NCBI GenBank assembly: GCA_965235115.1 | Contig: OZ249436.1 | Span: 14,262,001-14,326,000 of the forward strand | Direction: 5' to 3' | Source: Laetmonice hystrix | Taxonomy: Eukaryota | DNA: 64,000 bases | Part shown: one piece after another, positions 24,811-38,713 of the stretch | Numbering within the stretch: position 1 is the stretch's first letter | Layout: every line of letters begins with the position of its first letter | Made by a program: the position numbers and the translations under genes | Notes under the pieces: model-generated | Databases searched by the model: none | Told to the model about the DNA's origin: nothing | Seen by the model: only the letters and a program-made list of their open reading frames with translations

Positions 24811-26462
24811 CACGTTTCACCACGTTTGATGTGTGTTTGGTTGGTGGACTGGTGGGAATCTTAATGTCCCAGTAAAGTGCTTCGTCAGGCTCCACGCTGA
24901 AACTGTCCATGTGATCCGAAACCAAATAAGAACCGGTGATCAGCACCCTGTATTGAACTGCGCCTACTCCAGTCAGTTGGGGTAGTCAGAAACTCTATCT
25001 CAGAGGTACCAGGTTGGGAACAGTCCATCAGGGCTCCTTTGTTGCAGGATATAAATGTTTGCTATCTAAGCTCAAGTTCCAGTACACAGTTGGCTCGGGA
25101 GACTGCTAATTAAGAGAAAGGAAATTAAGTCTAGATCTGTGTCCTGCAATAGTCATGGCTGGAACGTAGAGATAGTCTGTGCATTAGAAGATTAAGGGAT
25201 GGCATAGATGTATTGTAAGTACAATGAATAGCGACAGTCTGCGGCAGATTGCCTTTCAAATCTCACAAAGGTCAGGTTAAAGAATAACAATAAGACCTAG
25301 TAAATAGATAACTGTGCGAAGATCAGTTACATCTTCAACGTCCTTCATAACTCAAACGGAGCAAATAGTTTTCCTGTACAGGCCTGCGGGCGAATACTGC
25401 CACTGAACTCTGCTTCATATACCAAACTTTATTTGATGCTAAAAAAGAGCCATGGAAAGTGCTTGTTAACATCAACTGCCATTGCCAAAACGGAAGCCTG
25501 CAGCTTTTTGCTAGCGAGACTAACGCCAATTTCAGTGAGCGGCCGCTGATATATGCATGTCCATGTACAAAATAGCTGCGGCAACAGTTTCCAAGCCGAG
25601 GCTTCAAGTTCAAATTCAAGATGAGAGACGATATACATGGGAGTGGCAGGGTCCCCAGTTCATGTGGGAAATGTCGGGACGTCTTGCGCACTGAACCATC
25701 CGAATTAACTGTGGAACGACGAAAAAGTTGTAAGGGTATGTCAGGGTTACGACGGACATTCAAATAAAAAAACGGGAGGTATTCCGATTTAATTGTACCA
25801 TTTTACATGTGTCAGTGAGGGTGGGGATGGGGCACGAGTTGTATGTAAGGATAAGCTGATGCCAGCGGCCAGTTACAGACCAACTATCGACTTGGGACTT
25901 CAGCTGATTATAAAACACTCGTTGGAAGACTACTTTTATGAACAGTCTGCGAATGAGGAAACGTTTTCATATTGGTAATTTTCCAGCAAATTAGCTGTGA
26001 ACATCTCCCTGCTTATCAAACTACGCATCCAGAACATGAATCGAGCAGGAGGTTAAAAATAGTTTCATTTCCTGGTTTGACCAACTTCGTCATTAGCTTT
26101 CACTTATCGAATCTATGGATCTGTGCCTGCCTGGATTATTTAGGCCAATTACCAATTAACGATGGAAAGAACCTGCAGAACTACATTCTCTGTGAAGTGC
26201 AATATTAGGAGGATATAGTATGATACTTGTTTGGCAGATAAAAGCTGTACGTACGTCAGATCCACCCATTCCGTTCCTAGCGGCTTTTATTCATAAACAC
26301 ATATTCAATGTCACCCCTGGCATGTTATTGCGTAAGAATATCTACTTTGTCCTTTTCAAAATTTAGACCTAGATGTGACAACCGGGTGAGAATCGCGTTC
26401 ACAATCACGGACACCTAGAATTGGTGTGTGCTCGGCGTGATCCACGCTTGGCTGGGGGTGTC

Positions 26463-26599
26463 GCTGACCGGTGGGAGGGGGGATCCCACGCTGACCGGTG
26501 GGAGGGGGGATCCCACGCTGACCGGTGGGAGGGGGGATCCCACGCTGACCGGTGGGAGGGGGGATCCCACGCTGACCGGTGGGAGGGGGGATCCCACGC
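26463..26599. repeat. 27-bp G-rich minisatellite, 5 copies
   Basis: Unit gctgaccggtgggaggggggatcccac, with an internal inverted pair gtggga/tcccac. Confidence 0.95.
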
Positions 26600-28340
26600 C
26601 AACCCACCCCCAGCGAGAATATCACTTCGATTCTCCCGCTTCCAGTAGCAAATATCTACAATACATACTTGTAAATAGTTGCCTGATGCTGTAAGAGTCC
26701 TACAGAACATCTGAGGCAAAACGGGTGTGTTTTTATGATAGCTATTTTGTGTTCGCATATTGTAGCTAACAGGAAGCGTTCTCTGAGAGGTTTTGTAGTC
26801 TTTTCTTTTGATGTAAGGGTACTCTGATGGGAGGCTCCGTTGTTCAGGTTTTTATTCAAAAGAGAGATGTGAATGATGAAAAGAGAAAATTGTAGGCACA
26901 CGGAAATGGCGTGGAGCACGATAGATAACGGTGCCTCATTTTTGGTTGGAGATCTGTTCCGCTGGGAAATAGAATGGACAAGAAATACAAGCAGTATAAC
27001 TTGAAAAATCCATTTCGATGTGAAGCTGATTAAGTGATGGTGAAACGTGGGAGTAATACCGAAGTTCTACATCCGAGCGCTATCTCGATTATCTCTCAAA
27101 TAATAACGTATACTTTGTACGGGATGAAGGTTTTATTGAATACGATCATTGAATGTGAAATTGTTTAAGAATTACACGTTGCATTAGATCATACCGGTCA
27201 AACTGCAAGGGTACTTTAACTGAATTATGTTTCGGCGCGCCGGGTGTGATGATTCAGAGGTCCTAAAATGCAAAGTAGGATATGTACACCAAAAACTCAG
27301 ATAAAAGGCAGGATGTGGCCGAACACTTGATAGAGATGCACCGTCAGCAAGGCTTAGACTCTCCCAATGGAGAATGTCTTACTTAAAGGTGATCCCATTT
27401 ATAAACAAGGTTTTATCTCCAAATGAAATCATTTGATGTGACTTTCATCTCTCTGGTTTCATTCCCTGTAGTTTGATCAAGAAACGAACAAATCCCCGCC
27501 CCAGCATACACCTTGATATTTCAACTTGGCGTACCTGAAGACAGGAAAAGTAAATCAAACAGCACGGCAGCATGTAGCCGCCCTGGCCGTCTAGACGAGC
27601 AGATACACGTTGATGAGGAGATCCCGACTGATGCCGCCTCGCACGTATTAAGTTCCACCGTGGGACAACTGACGGCGGCAGTGGCGGCACACCCCACGTG
27701 GGGTGGAGCCTGACGCCCGGCAGCAGGGCGCACCTAGCGCACAGCAAGATCAGTTCAGGGAGAAATCAGTGCTGATTGGGGTGGGAGACGAGCGATGGGT
27801 GCTGTTAACGAGTGGAGGTAACTAGAAGCCCACGTAGATAGGGTCCAAGTGAACCATAAAGGAAGCGTATAACCAGCATGGCTGCCGTACCACCCACAAG
27901 ATAGAGAAGCTGGGAGGAAACCGTTCCGTCTATTTCATCACTCGCCACAGTAATGTTACTTCCGACTACCCAGTCCATTGGTTTCCACCTCACCTTTCGT
28001 AAAAAATAAAACACCGGTGGCTTCTCAGTGACGGAAACCCTGCCATACAATATGGACGCTTTCTTCAGAAAACGATGTGTCTTACCAAAATCACGGCCGA
28101 GAATTAAAGCAATATATATACGTGGATCAACCGAGACTCTCTGATGCTAAAATATTAAAACTACTTGATATGATTTAATGATGAACAGTGTTATCCTTCA
28201 GTCTTTTCTTCCTTGGTGCAAGTTCTACAGGACTGCCAGCAAACTCCTCCCATATCACCGACAAAGTTTAATTATTACAAAATAAATGTGGAAATGGCAA
28301 ACAAATTTCTGAAAAAGATACTTTGTTTCTCTCTGTGCAG

Positions 28341-28470
28341 GTACCCAGACGACTATCATCGTGTGTGTGAAGGGCGCGTCACAGGCGTTGGTGACAGACG
28401 AAAACTGTGACAATGCACTCAAGCCGGAAACACAGTCGGTCACCTGCAACACACACCTCTGCCCACCCGA
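28341..28470 (+). CDS. THSD4: THSD4-like coding exon: second half of the first TSR in the window
   Basis: Acceptor ctctctgtgcag|28341, donor GA|gtaagt at 28471; 130 nt, phase 1 to 2. Translates (G)TQTTIIVCVKGASQALVTDENCDNALKPETQSVTCNTHLCPP(E). This frame is not in the ORF track. Confidence 0.92.
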
Positions 28471-28482
28471 GTAAGTATGTGT

Positions 28483-28632
28483 GTTTCAATATCATAAGAT
28501 ATCTTTGGCAAAGATATCTTTGCCAAAGATGTCTTTTGGACTAGTGCAGTCTGGATGGGGAGAGAGCGAGTGTTTCAATAAAAACCTGGCTCCAGCGAGG
28601 TTTTCAAAGATATCTTTGGCCTTTATTGAAAC
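28483..28632. mobile_element. ~150-bp MITE-like palindromic element
   Basis: Ends gtttcaata...aagatatcttt and aaagatatcttt...tattgaaac are inverted. Internal perfect 30-bp palindrome at 28501-28530. Confidence 0.6.
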
Positions 28633-31600
28633 GAGTTGATTCATGTGATATTTAACATCCACCAGATAGTTCGCCGTTTATTCTCAATGCTCAATTGCTT
28701 GGGTTACAGATGGCAAGGAAAGTTTCCTGTCACATTTCCTGCGGGAGCCTTGCATGATAATGTTAGTTATTTGAATTATTATTTGGTTGATGATGGTGTG
28801 TCAGGCAGAGCGTGTTTATCGGAAGTTGATGTGTAGGCCGGTTTGTGTGTCCATGCGTGACGTAATGACTGGAGAGTATAGCAGACGATGATTCCATGAC
28901 TTGTTGTGAACCAGTTCTGGTTGTAACCAAATCCACCGGCACATAATGAACGTCTCGTGACAGGACAGAAGCAGCTCTCAGAAAACAGTCTTGTCTGATT
29001 TCTTCTCCATCCAACCATTTCATGACTGTGACAAAGAGCCCGACAAAGTTCTGAAGCGCTATCAGTGATGGCACTGTCACTGATTGGCTTTGAAGCTTTG
29101 GATGGGTTTGATTGTATCCGAACTTAAAATGGTTTTCTCAGAGATATCGGACACTCCTACACATAAATAAACCACGGCCGTTTTTCCCTTCTTATAGCTG
29201 TGTCTTGATCACATGGCCGAGAGAATAAGAAATCTAACAAATCAATTAACTTTCACAATATGCAGTTCTTTGATCTCTTAATCAACTCACATGCAGAGCG
29301 CTAAGATTAAAGAAAAATACGGCGGTACTTGTCATTCGTCGTTTATTTTCTTTGTGCATAAAGCTTAATAGACTGAAGCTAAAATGGTGCAGCTTATTCC
29401 TCGAGGGACAGTGTTTTTGTGGTAAATTAGGAGCCAACTGATGAGGCCTTGAACTGTGTGTCTAATCAGTCAGATCACTTTCTCTTCCCGGCGAGAGACG
29501 TGACGTGAAAATTGGAATTTTAATTATACAAATGTCAGCGATAACCTGCGTCAAAAATGTTCAGAATACTATTCTATCGTTTTATGATTGGCCAATATAT
29601 GTACGGACACATACATGCAAAACCTCTCATAGGAATATCACATTTTAAAAGGCCATGTTTGGTAGTACAAGATTTAATTAAAAGTTGCCTTGAGCGTCGT
29701 ATGTCAAATTCTGCATGCTGGTAAACAACATTGCTCCATTTACTGTGCCTGATGTCGGGAGAATCATCGTTCTGGTCCACAGTCATCAGCCGTTACCTGT
29801 CGAAGGTCATACAGTCTGTTATCAAAGTGTCTGCAACCTTCTCCAAATTACCAACAACCAGGCCCCTATATAGCTTAATTACCAATAGCCAGGCCCCTTT
29901 ATAGCTTACCAACACCCAGGCCCCTATATAGCTTAGTTTGTAAGCTATAAGGTTTGTAAGAAAGTCTTGTGGTTTTAAACTCATAGTTTCAGGAGGGCCA
30001 GGTTGTACAGATTTGTAAATGGCATATTTTAGGGTTAACGACTCCCTGTCAAGACAATAGTCTTCTTTTTAGAATTTGCGATTTGAAAATGTATTCCACG
30101 TCTAGAGTGTCTATGTGTGTTATGTAAGATCCTTTGAACAGGAAGTAAGGGTTTCAAATGTTTACCGTATACACGCTGATTTATTACATGCGTCAGACTC
30201 GAACTTTCCTTCCCCGGGAAATAGAGTGCAGATGGTAGAAGATTGGAGATAGGCGTGGCACGACCGACAGGGCTGGTCCCAGACAAAGGTTCGACTCTAT
30301 TATCTACTCATCGCCTCCGTGCTAGTTTTTTTCATAGTGTCATCATTATGCTAACATTTCTAATTTTCTCATGCACATACCGGGAGAAGATTATGGTCGG
30401 GACTCGCAAACTTGTCTTTGTTTAGTTTTTTTGAAGACCCTATAGACCCTCCATGCTACGGAGATCAAGAGAGATCAGTGCCCGGTATAGAAAACACCGC
30501 TAGAATGGCCAACTTCTCGTTTCTAAGGTTGTCCATGAATGTTACAAAAAATTATTTGATGTCAAGTGCCTCTTTGGCAGAGGTGATAGAAAGACATCAG
30601 CAGCATGAGAATGGCATGCTGGGTCATTGGAATGTCGAGTAGAAAAACAGAGACATTGAAAAGTAAAGTAGCTCCTGAAGTATTCTTAAGGAGCAGCTGT
30701 TGACTTTTAATTTTCAAATGCGAGTGTGCTAAAAAAATCCGATGGGTTACTGATCAAAGTCAGCCTTTTTACATCCATTTCTCAGTGTACATAATGGAAT
30801 TACACAACCTATATGTTAGCTGGAGTCATCGAGATAGTTAAGGACCTAGAGGTGGACATCAGGGAGATAGAGCCGGCTTGGTGGCTTATAATTCGTAGAT
30901 CTTTGTTGACCTGAGCCCAATTTACAGAATGGTGCCTGAGTATTGTAAGCGTAAACCTCGTACAAACTGAATGAGATGGGTGAGAGGGGACATGTCGGTG
31001 GCTGAGCCGTGGTCGGGATGGCGCCTCTACCGGCCGGAGTGGCGTCTTTCAGGGACACCGGGCCCGGCGGACAGATGTTTGGGTGTCCTCAACTCATCTG
31101 TCTCAATTACTGCGCTCAGCGCGCGTCCACTATCTCACGGTTATTGGGGCTAAGTGTGGACTCCATGGCGACCCTTACATTCTACCCACTCACCTCGGCC
31201 TGGTGGATCACTCCGGGACTGGTCGTGCGTGCTACAGGCCCCCGCCTGGCTGGAGGCCATCAATGATTCCCGTAATCTGACAGGTGTGTTATGGGTGTGA
31301 GGTGGCGCTCCCTCCACCCACAGTGTCAGAGAATGAGGAGAGGAGAGTGATCTGGGGGAAGCTGGCGTCTCGGCCTTATGATTATCGGTATGAAGGGATG
31401 ATCAGCTGAGGCCTATGTGATTGTCATCAGTGTCATATGTCAGTTCTAGGGACTGACTTCATCATCATGTGGTCAGAGGTAGTCGGCTGACCATCGGTAG
31501 ACACGTCAAGTACATGTAGTTACGCTTAGATACGTCGAGATAAAGGGATCTTCACGGTCAACAGGTTTGGTGGTTTATTCGTAAGAGTTAGAGTTCGACT

Positions 31601-31650
31601 GTAATATGAATAAAGTGTGCAAAACGGCTTCTCCAACGATTCAATAATTC

Positions 31651-32802
31651 GAGTGGAACAGTTGTCCGGTCATTGTACTGTGCAGGTACATGTGTACTCT
31701 AATACTGATCACTATGGAATGGTCCTTCCAGGATTATAGCAGTTTCTGAATCCTGTAAAACTATCACTGCCCAACAGTTAGAGTGGAACAGGTCATTGTA
31801 CTGTGCAGGTACATGTGTACTCTAATACTGATTGCTATGGAATGGTTCTTCTGGGATTATAGCAGTTTCTGAATCCTGTAAAACTATCACTGCCCAACAG
31901 TTTGAGTGAAACAGGTGTCCGGTCATTGTACTGTGCAGGTACATGTGTACTCTAATACTGATCGCTATGGAATGGTCCTTCCAGGATTATAGCAATTTCT
32001 GAATCCTGTAAAACTATCACTGCCCAACAGTTTGAGTGAAACTGTCGGGTCATTGTACTGTGCAGGTACATGTGTACTCTAATACTGATTGCTATGGAAT
32101 GGTTCTTCTGGGATTATAGCAGTTTCTGAATCCTGTAAAACTATCACTGCCCAACAGTTTGAGTGAAACAGGTGTCCGGTCATTGTACTGTGCAGGTACA
32201 TGTGTACTCTAATACTGATCGCTATGGAATGGTCCTTCCAGGATTATAGCAATTTCTGAATCCTGTAAAACTATCACTGCCCAACAGTTTGAGTGAAACT
32301 GTCGGGTCATTGTACTGTGCAGGTACATGTGTACTCTAATACTGATCGCTATGGAATGGTTTTTCTGGGATTATAGCAGTTTCTGAATCCTGTAAACTAT
32401 CACTGCCCAACAGTTTGAGTGAAACAGGTGTCCGGTCATTGTACTGTGCAGGTACATGTGTACTCTAATACTGATCGCTATGGAATGGTTTTTCTGGGAT
32501 TATAGCAGTTTCTGAATCCTGTAAAACTATCACTGCCCAACAGTTTGAGTGGAACAGTTGTCCGGTCATTGTACTGTGCAGGTACATATGTACTCTAATA
32601 CTGATCGCTATGGAATGGTTCTTCTGGGATTATAGCAGTTTCTGAATCCTGTAAAACTATCACTGCCCAACAGTTTGAGTGAAACAGGTGTCCGGTCATT
32701 GTACTGTGCAGGTACATACTCTAATACTGATTGCTATGGAATGGTTCTTCTAGGATTATAGCAGTTTCTGAATCCTGTAAAACTATCACTGCCCAACAGT
32801 TG
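31651..32802. repeat. ~130-bp tandem repeat, 9 copies
   Basis: cattgtactg anchor at 31671, 31794, 31924, 32051, 32181, 32308, 32437, 32567 and 32697. Confidence 0.96.
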
Positions 32803-35800
32803 ATCATTTTGAACATCATAGACATTGCTGTGGTCCCGATTCCAGACCCTGTTTAAAGTGTTTTAGTGCTTCTCGGGTCAGGTAACTCATGGAGTATCTG
32901 GTTGGTCCTGGCTATGTTAGTCAAGTGCAGTTCATAAATGTATTTGTTATTTTTGTTATCACTACTACCTATCAATTAGGGGAAAGCGGGATTTCGACAC
33001 ACTCTTGGGCCTACCGCATCGTTTCTTTCCCAGTTTATTATCATTATTAGGGGTCTTTACTGACGTGATGTAAAGCCTAGTTTCTTGGCCCCCTTTTTAC
33101 GATTGTAGGCTGGCAGGCGTAAATATCCCGGTGCCCTTGGTGAGGGTACCTCTGTCTGGTACTGGGGCTGAGACCTTTCAGTGGGGGTTACCAACAGCTG
33201 GCAGAACAGACGCGGGATATGAACTGCGTAATGAAGATCTGTCACTCAACTCAAACCAAACCTTAGTTTTCTTTCATCCTGGTCATAAGCGGATTGCGAC
33301 ATGAAATTCTGTGCAAATGTCCATGGCAGGTTTATAGCAACTACAAAAACCCAGACTTACAGTACAGGGAGCGGGCGGTGAGGATATATAGCTGAACAAA
33401 CCGTGCTTAGATCCGAGTCAACCTTGAGATTTGACCCAGGCCTCGGTACCGTTTGATCGGTATCTGGGAGGGCAGCCATCCTGTACGGAGGACCTGGCCT
33501 GTTTGACGGGGAGGATCATTTCACACGTCACATGGGGTGGGGGGGGGGACCGACACGGACAGTCATACCGGCCACCATCCAACCGCTATGCTAGAATGTT
33601 AATTTTTATATTCTATATTTCACTGAAGTGACTCGAACAGATGGAAGTTTTACTCTGTTCTAACTGATGCTGGCTGCAGGTAAAATTAGTGTGCACATGA
33701 TGTACTGAGTTCAGTAATGAACCGGGAAACCTGGCTTGATTCATCTTGCGCCCAAGTTTACGAAAGGTCGCATATGACGTTCATTTGGAGTTGTCGGGTC
33801 TGAAGTAGAACCCGTTTTTTTTCAAACCACCATCATCAGTATAATCAGTGGGTGAGTGGAGGAGTGAGAGAATCCCCGAGGGTTGGAGTCGATGTTTATA
33901 TGTATAGACCCGCAAGATCTTCTCCATATTTATGGTTCCACAAATGTTGGTGTCTGGCTTTAGGCCCTTGATGTACCCGAGGAGCAGGTAGCAGGGAGGT
34001 AGAGGGACGAGCGGGAGGACCGAGCCAGAAGTAACCGTGGCTCGCTGGAAATATAGCCAAGTCCAACGGCTCACAGTGACATTCAGCATCCTCGAGATTC
34101 TTCTAACTGAACATAATTGTGAGGAATCAACTCTAGAGGAAAATATCAGATCAGGCTTTTTGTTTATGTCATAATTTCTGTTCCGTTCCTTATTATGTAT
34201 TGAGACGCCAGATGTGTGGGAGTTACAAGTATATCATGAATGTAGGTAATACACTTTTGTACAAGCAATTATCTTCTATGAATGCATACTGGACAAACCC
34301 GGGGAATGAATTCTCGGTTGGCGCCGACATGAGATGTTTTTTACCTGTGGCGCTGGCTCATATGGGATTACATTGTACCGTGGGCTGTTTTAAAAAATCG
34401 GCTCCATCAGGGAATATTGTTTTTATGAAAGCAATTTATTGCTCTCATTTTGTGTGATGAGGCCATGGTACTATGCACATAGGATTCTCTACCGCCGTTT
34501 GGGTTGTAGTGAAGGGAAAACATGGAAATTAGAATTGGCAAGTACAAACATGACCAGCGCCAAAGGGGAGAGACATGTCTGAAAGTGAATCTTTTTATGT
34601 TTTGCGACCACTTCGGAACACATTAAGCGCACATTTTGCATTTATATTATTTGTAAAATGATAAATAATAATGCGTATGGAGCATACGATAAATGTTCAT
34701 ATATAGAGTCAGAGGTATACTTGATTCGCCGGGAGGACAGCTCTCATCAACCATTTAATAAATCACTCATGGCTATGGAAAGCATTTCTCTGTAAACTTG
34801 AGGTTTCAACCATTTTTTACCATCAGTGAGGAGGGCAGATGTTTGTAGAGCAATCTGCGGGTCCAGTGTTAACTTGTTGGGTGGTCTCGGATGGCACTGT
34901 CACGTGAAATTAACTCTCTCTCTCGTATAGCGAATTGAAGGGGGGCTCCTGAAGTCGGAACTGTTCACGGTTAACGAGGCAGTGAGGCTTGAAGACAATG
35001 GCACGGCTTAGCAACTCGTAAACGGATTCGAAGTAAGTCTGTAATTTAGGTGAACCGTAAACGAAGACGACTTTTTCCAAGATAAAAATGTCCCATCTAT
35101 TTGGTGTGTATGCATGTGTGCAGTGGTGGGGATGGGTTGAAGTGGGAGACGTATGTTACGATAGATTATGTACAGGGATCAAGATTCAATCAATGTCGAC
35201 ACGAGAAGGCTCAGGTTTCCAAGGACGAGCGCGTTTCTCTCAGAGTTTCTACCACAATCCGATGTTCGGTGGAGAGAGAGAGAAATTGATATTAAAAGTT
35301 ATGGGAGGTGTAACTGTCTGTAACCCAACTGATTATTGTGCACGACTTTTTTTCGCAGCACTGGCAGGCTTATGCAAGACTTACAAGATTTGACATTAGC
35401 AAGAAAGTTTATATCTCGGGCAAATGGTAACACCTTTGACATCATAACCCCTGGAAGTCAGGTTAGATTAGATTGGAAATTGTTGCTATCGTGCCCGATC
35501 CAAGGGGGCAGTCGGTGAGGGAGTGTGTGGTGTTTTGGGTTAAAGTGACGCTGACATGACAGAGACCAGTTGCCATTAACCCATGTCACCGCATCTTTGT
35601 GGACCGTCTGCTGTCTCTAGCAATGCTTGGTTGTGAGGGATATTGACAGATGGACCAAATGGATTTGACACCCGGCAGGGAATGCATTGGCTTGGTGTAG
35701 GATGGAGAGAATGTCTTTTAAAGTAAACAGTTATCACGGTAAGGTATTTTAGTGATCAGACATCTGACAGAAACGTCAAAGCTTTAGACATCCCCTGTTA

Positions 35801-37752
35801 GGCCCGTCACAGGTCATGTGCATAGCAGGATGGAGTTACTGTAGGGGCGCTCCCTTAATAGGGTAGGGATAACAGGAAATTGTCTTCAACAAAATGTGTT
35901 ACAAAAGCATGTAGAATTCTGGGTTTGGCTAACATATAGAAGCGCATAGAAGAATCTAAGATGCTGAAGCAGCGATCAAACAAACTTCCTGCACATGAGA
36001 CACAGAAGAACAGTTTCTTAAATCATATGGGTTCAATGTGGCCTCTCACTAAGCCGGAAGCTGTGCTCCTTTTTTCTTGTCTTTTTTAAGCCATCGACAC
36101 TCTAATTGGTTTTTGGTGAGTTTCTAACTTTGACGTCCGTCATACAGAGAGAGTGTTGGCAATATGGGCTGTATGGCTGTTAATGTCATTGCCTCATGTA
36201 AAACATGCCTGTGTAAGGTGAAACCACCAGTGGGCAATGTTCTCAATTGGTGTGATGAACTGTGGCAGTGTGTGGCTGTCTTCAGACTCGCAAACTTCCA
36301 ACAGGTGTCACTACAATCATTCCAGTAGTTTCCAGAACTGCTGCCAGGGGGTTCTCCTCATCCACTGTCGAGCTGCAGAGAATTTGTAAACTAAAGTCAA
36401 ATGGTGCTAGTTCAATGATAAAAGAGTTGCCGTCTTTATTTGGCACGTTGAATGTGTCTGTATGCACGAATGGCGTTCACGTACATGCTCGGTCGTGTTT
36501 GTTTGTGAGTGTCATTTGTTTGGAGGACTGTCACATTGTATTGAATCGAGAGCAGTTTACGGATGACGTCGGTCATGGTTTGGCTTCGCGCCGTGGTATC
36601 CGGGTTTTGTACTTGGGTAAGGACCGACATAGACTTCTCTCCTCCCGCGTCGCATACACAGGTCAAGACAACTGATGGCTGAAAAAACACGTGTATGGAA
36701 ACTGCCAGCTGCTGGCCGTAAGTGACAATAGCATGTGGCTGTGATTAGTGGGTTTTACATTAGGCTAGCTCGGGCCTGTGTGGCAGGAGTCACGAGTCGC
36801 CTGTTTCCTTATAAAGTGAATGACCTGCTACTACTGACAGAGAGAAATGTCATAAATACATCAGTGGCAGGCACTGCTTCCTGTCGTGGCAAAAACACCG
36901 CCACCGACTTCAGCACTCGGACAGAAGCAGTGCACTAAAACGTCTTTAAACACTCATATCATCTACAAAGAGAGTAGAGAAAGTAACGACATCCTGATCC
37001 GATCAGGCCCGATGACGTGCAAGCAGGACACAGGAGTTAACGAAAAAAACAGAGTATATAATGATGGTGAAAGGTTCCATCAAAACACGGGATGTCATGT
37101 TGTTTTTAAGATGCTCCTGGTGACTTTCCAGTCTGGTAGATGTCTTTCACAATGGAAACGTTAGAGCGCCTAGTTAGGGATGGTTTCCATTTGGTAAGTG
37201 TTGAAAAGTCTGCTCTGTTTTTGTTTACAAGACAAATCCAGGGTATAGGCAGTATGGTCTGTTGTCAAGATATACTGACCATTACGTATTTAATGTGTGT
37301 TTAATAACAAGACCGTGTCTCATGAGTAGAGTATCAACATTAATTCAACCTTCACACAGGTGTATATTTGATCTGGTGTGGTCTTTGCCACCTCATTATA
37401 ATAGAATTTGAACTAAAAGGTGTTTTATGGTCGTCGTCAGTCGACAAAGGTCACTGGTTCAGAGAGATTGCCTGAATCGCGACAATCATGATTATGACAG
37501 TGGTGAAACATACAATAAAATGGTCCCTGTGAACCCCCTAAGCTTCCCAAGAATATGTCCCAATGCAACAGGTGAGATGTACGTTAGTTTGGTGAGATCA
37601 TTTCCATTCTTGATTTTCAACTTTACGAAGGAATACAGGTTACCACCTTTAGCGCCGCCTATCGGTGGAATTGTCAGTACGGAGCCCCATTGACCTGCCG
37701 TGTGAAATGGTTGACTTATACCTGGTAATTAGTTCTGTGTTGATGGTTTCAG

Positions 37753-37960
37753 GTGGGTCCCCGGGGAGTGGACGTCGTGCAGCACGTCGTGTGGCCGCGG
37801 CACACAGACTCGCGACGTGTCGTGTCGCCAGACGGTGTCGGCAGGCGACACGCGAACTGTCACCGACACTCTCTGCCAGGACCGGCCGCAGCCAGACACT
37901 GTCCGCATCTGTAATGACGACAACCCTTGTGTCCGCTGGAAGATCGGAGAGTGGGGAAAG
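37753..37960 (+). CDS. THSD4: THSD4-like coding exon: TSR
   Basis: Acceptor gtttcag|37753, donor AAG|gtaaat at 37961; 208 nt, phase 2 to 0. Translates WVPGEWTSCSTSCGRGTQTRDVSCRQ...LCQDRPQPDTVRICNDDNPCVRWKIGEWGK. Confidence 0.93.
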
Positions 37961-38008
37961 GTAAATTATCTGCTAGCTTTAAGAAAAATGACATGTGACG
38001 GAGGAAAC

Positions 38009-38099
38009 GCTACCGCTCACAGGCCCGACCTGACTGAGACGCGACGCGACTCCTAAAATCATATCGCGTCGCATGCGGTTCGGACCAGTGTGCGGTGGC
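38009..38099. mobile_element. ~90-bp degenerate palindromic MITE (possibly PIF/Harbinger type)
   Basis: gctaccgctcacaggcccgacc...gcgacgcga pairs imperfectly with tcgcgtcgc...ggttcggaccagtgtgcggtggc. The superfamily is inferred only from a ...GCC end next to TTTAA. Confidence 0.5.
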
Positions 38100-38713
38100 C
38101 TTTAAAAGTTTTCTCGTGGTAGGGGTGGTGGTAGGGGGTATTATGTGGAACAGATGGATTCTCAAAGTGTATGTATAAAAAATGTTTAAGAATTTGTCCT
38201 CTTAGAATTTCTCGCCCTGTGGGTCTGGAATGGCGGGGGCAGGGGGTCCGAGATAAGAGTTCAACTGTATCTCATGCATGACGTAAGGCGACCATGGTTT
38301 TTGCATCTCTCCCTCTTTACTTTTTTTCTCTCCTGCTCATCATTATTGCAGCTGGGCCTGGAGAGCAGTGTCTCCTCGCCAACGGGCAGAACAAGTATAG
38401 AGAATGTATTGTCGCCCTCAGTGTGACCTGTGTGCGACGACAATCGGTCGAACCAGCAGTCGCTCATTCATTCACTCAATCAAAAAACGATTTTTTTCTA
38501 AATGAAGCTGTGCTTGATGTTATCGGCTTTATGATGAAAACGTTTACCTTGGGTTCTCATGTCTGTGGTAAGTTTTCTGGTGTAGGTGTAGCCAGGGGCT
38601 GTGAAGACAAACCTAATTGTCTGTCTGTGGTGTTATTATATCATGTGGGTGAGGAGAGTTGAACGTGTAATTTGACCAGATAAATGCTAGTAACTGAGCG
38701 TTGTTTAGATGAG

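Noticed and set aside
24800..24900. Hammerhead ribozyme-like CTGACGA...GAAAC on the minus strand
   Set aside because: Stem II is mismatched with a loop of about 60 nt, and there is no valid stem III or cleavage triplet pairing.
23749..24946. 354-aa and 183-aa minus-strand ORFs
   Set aside because: They are translations of the 34-bp satellite.
27513..27750. GC-rich patch with short ORFs and the 16-bp palindrome CACCCCACGTGGGGTG (27690-27705)
   Set aside because: No compatible splice sites or recognisable domain, and one E-box-containing palindrome is not enough to call a regulatory element.
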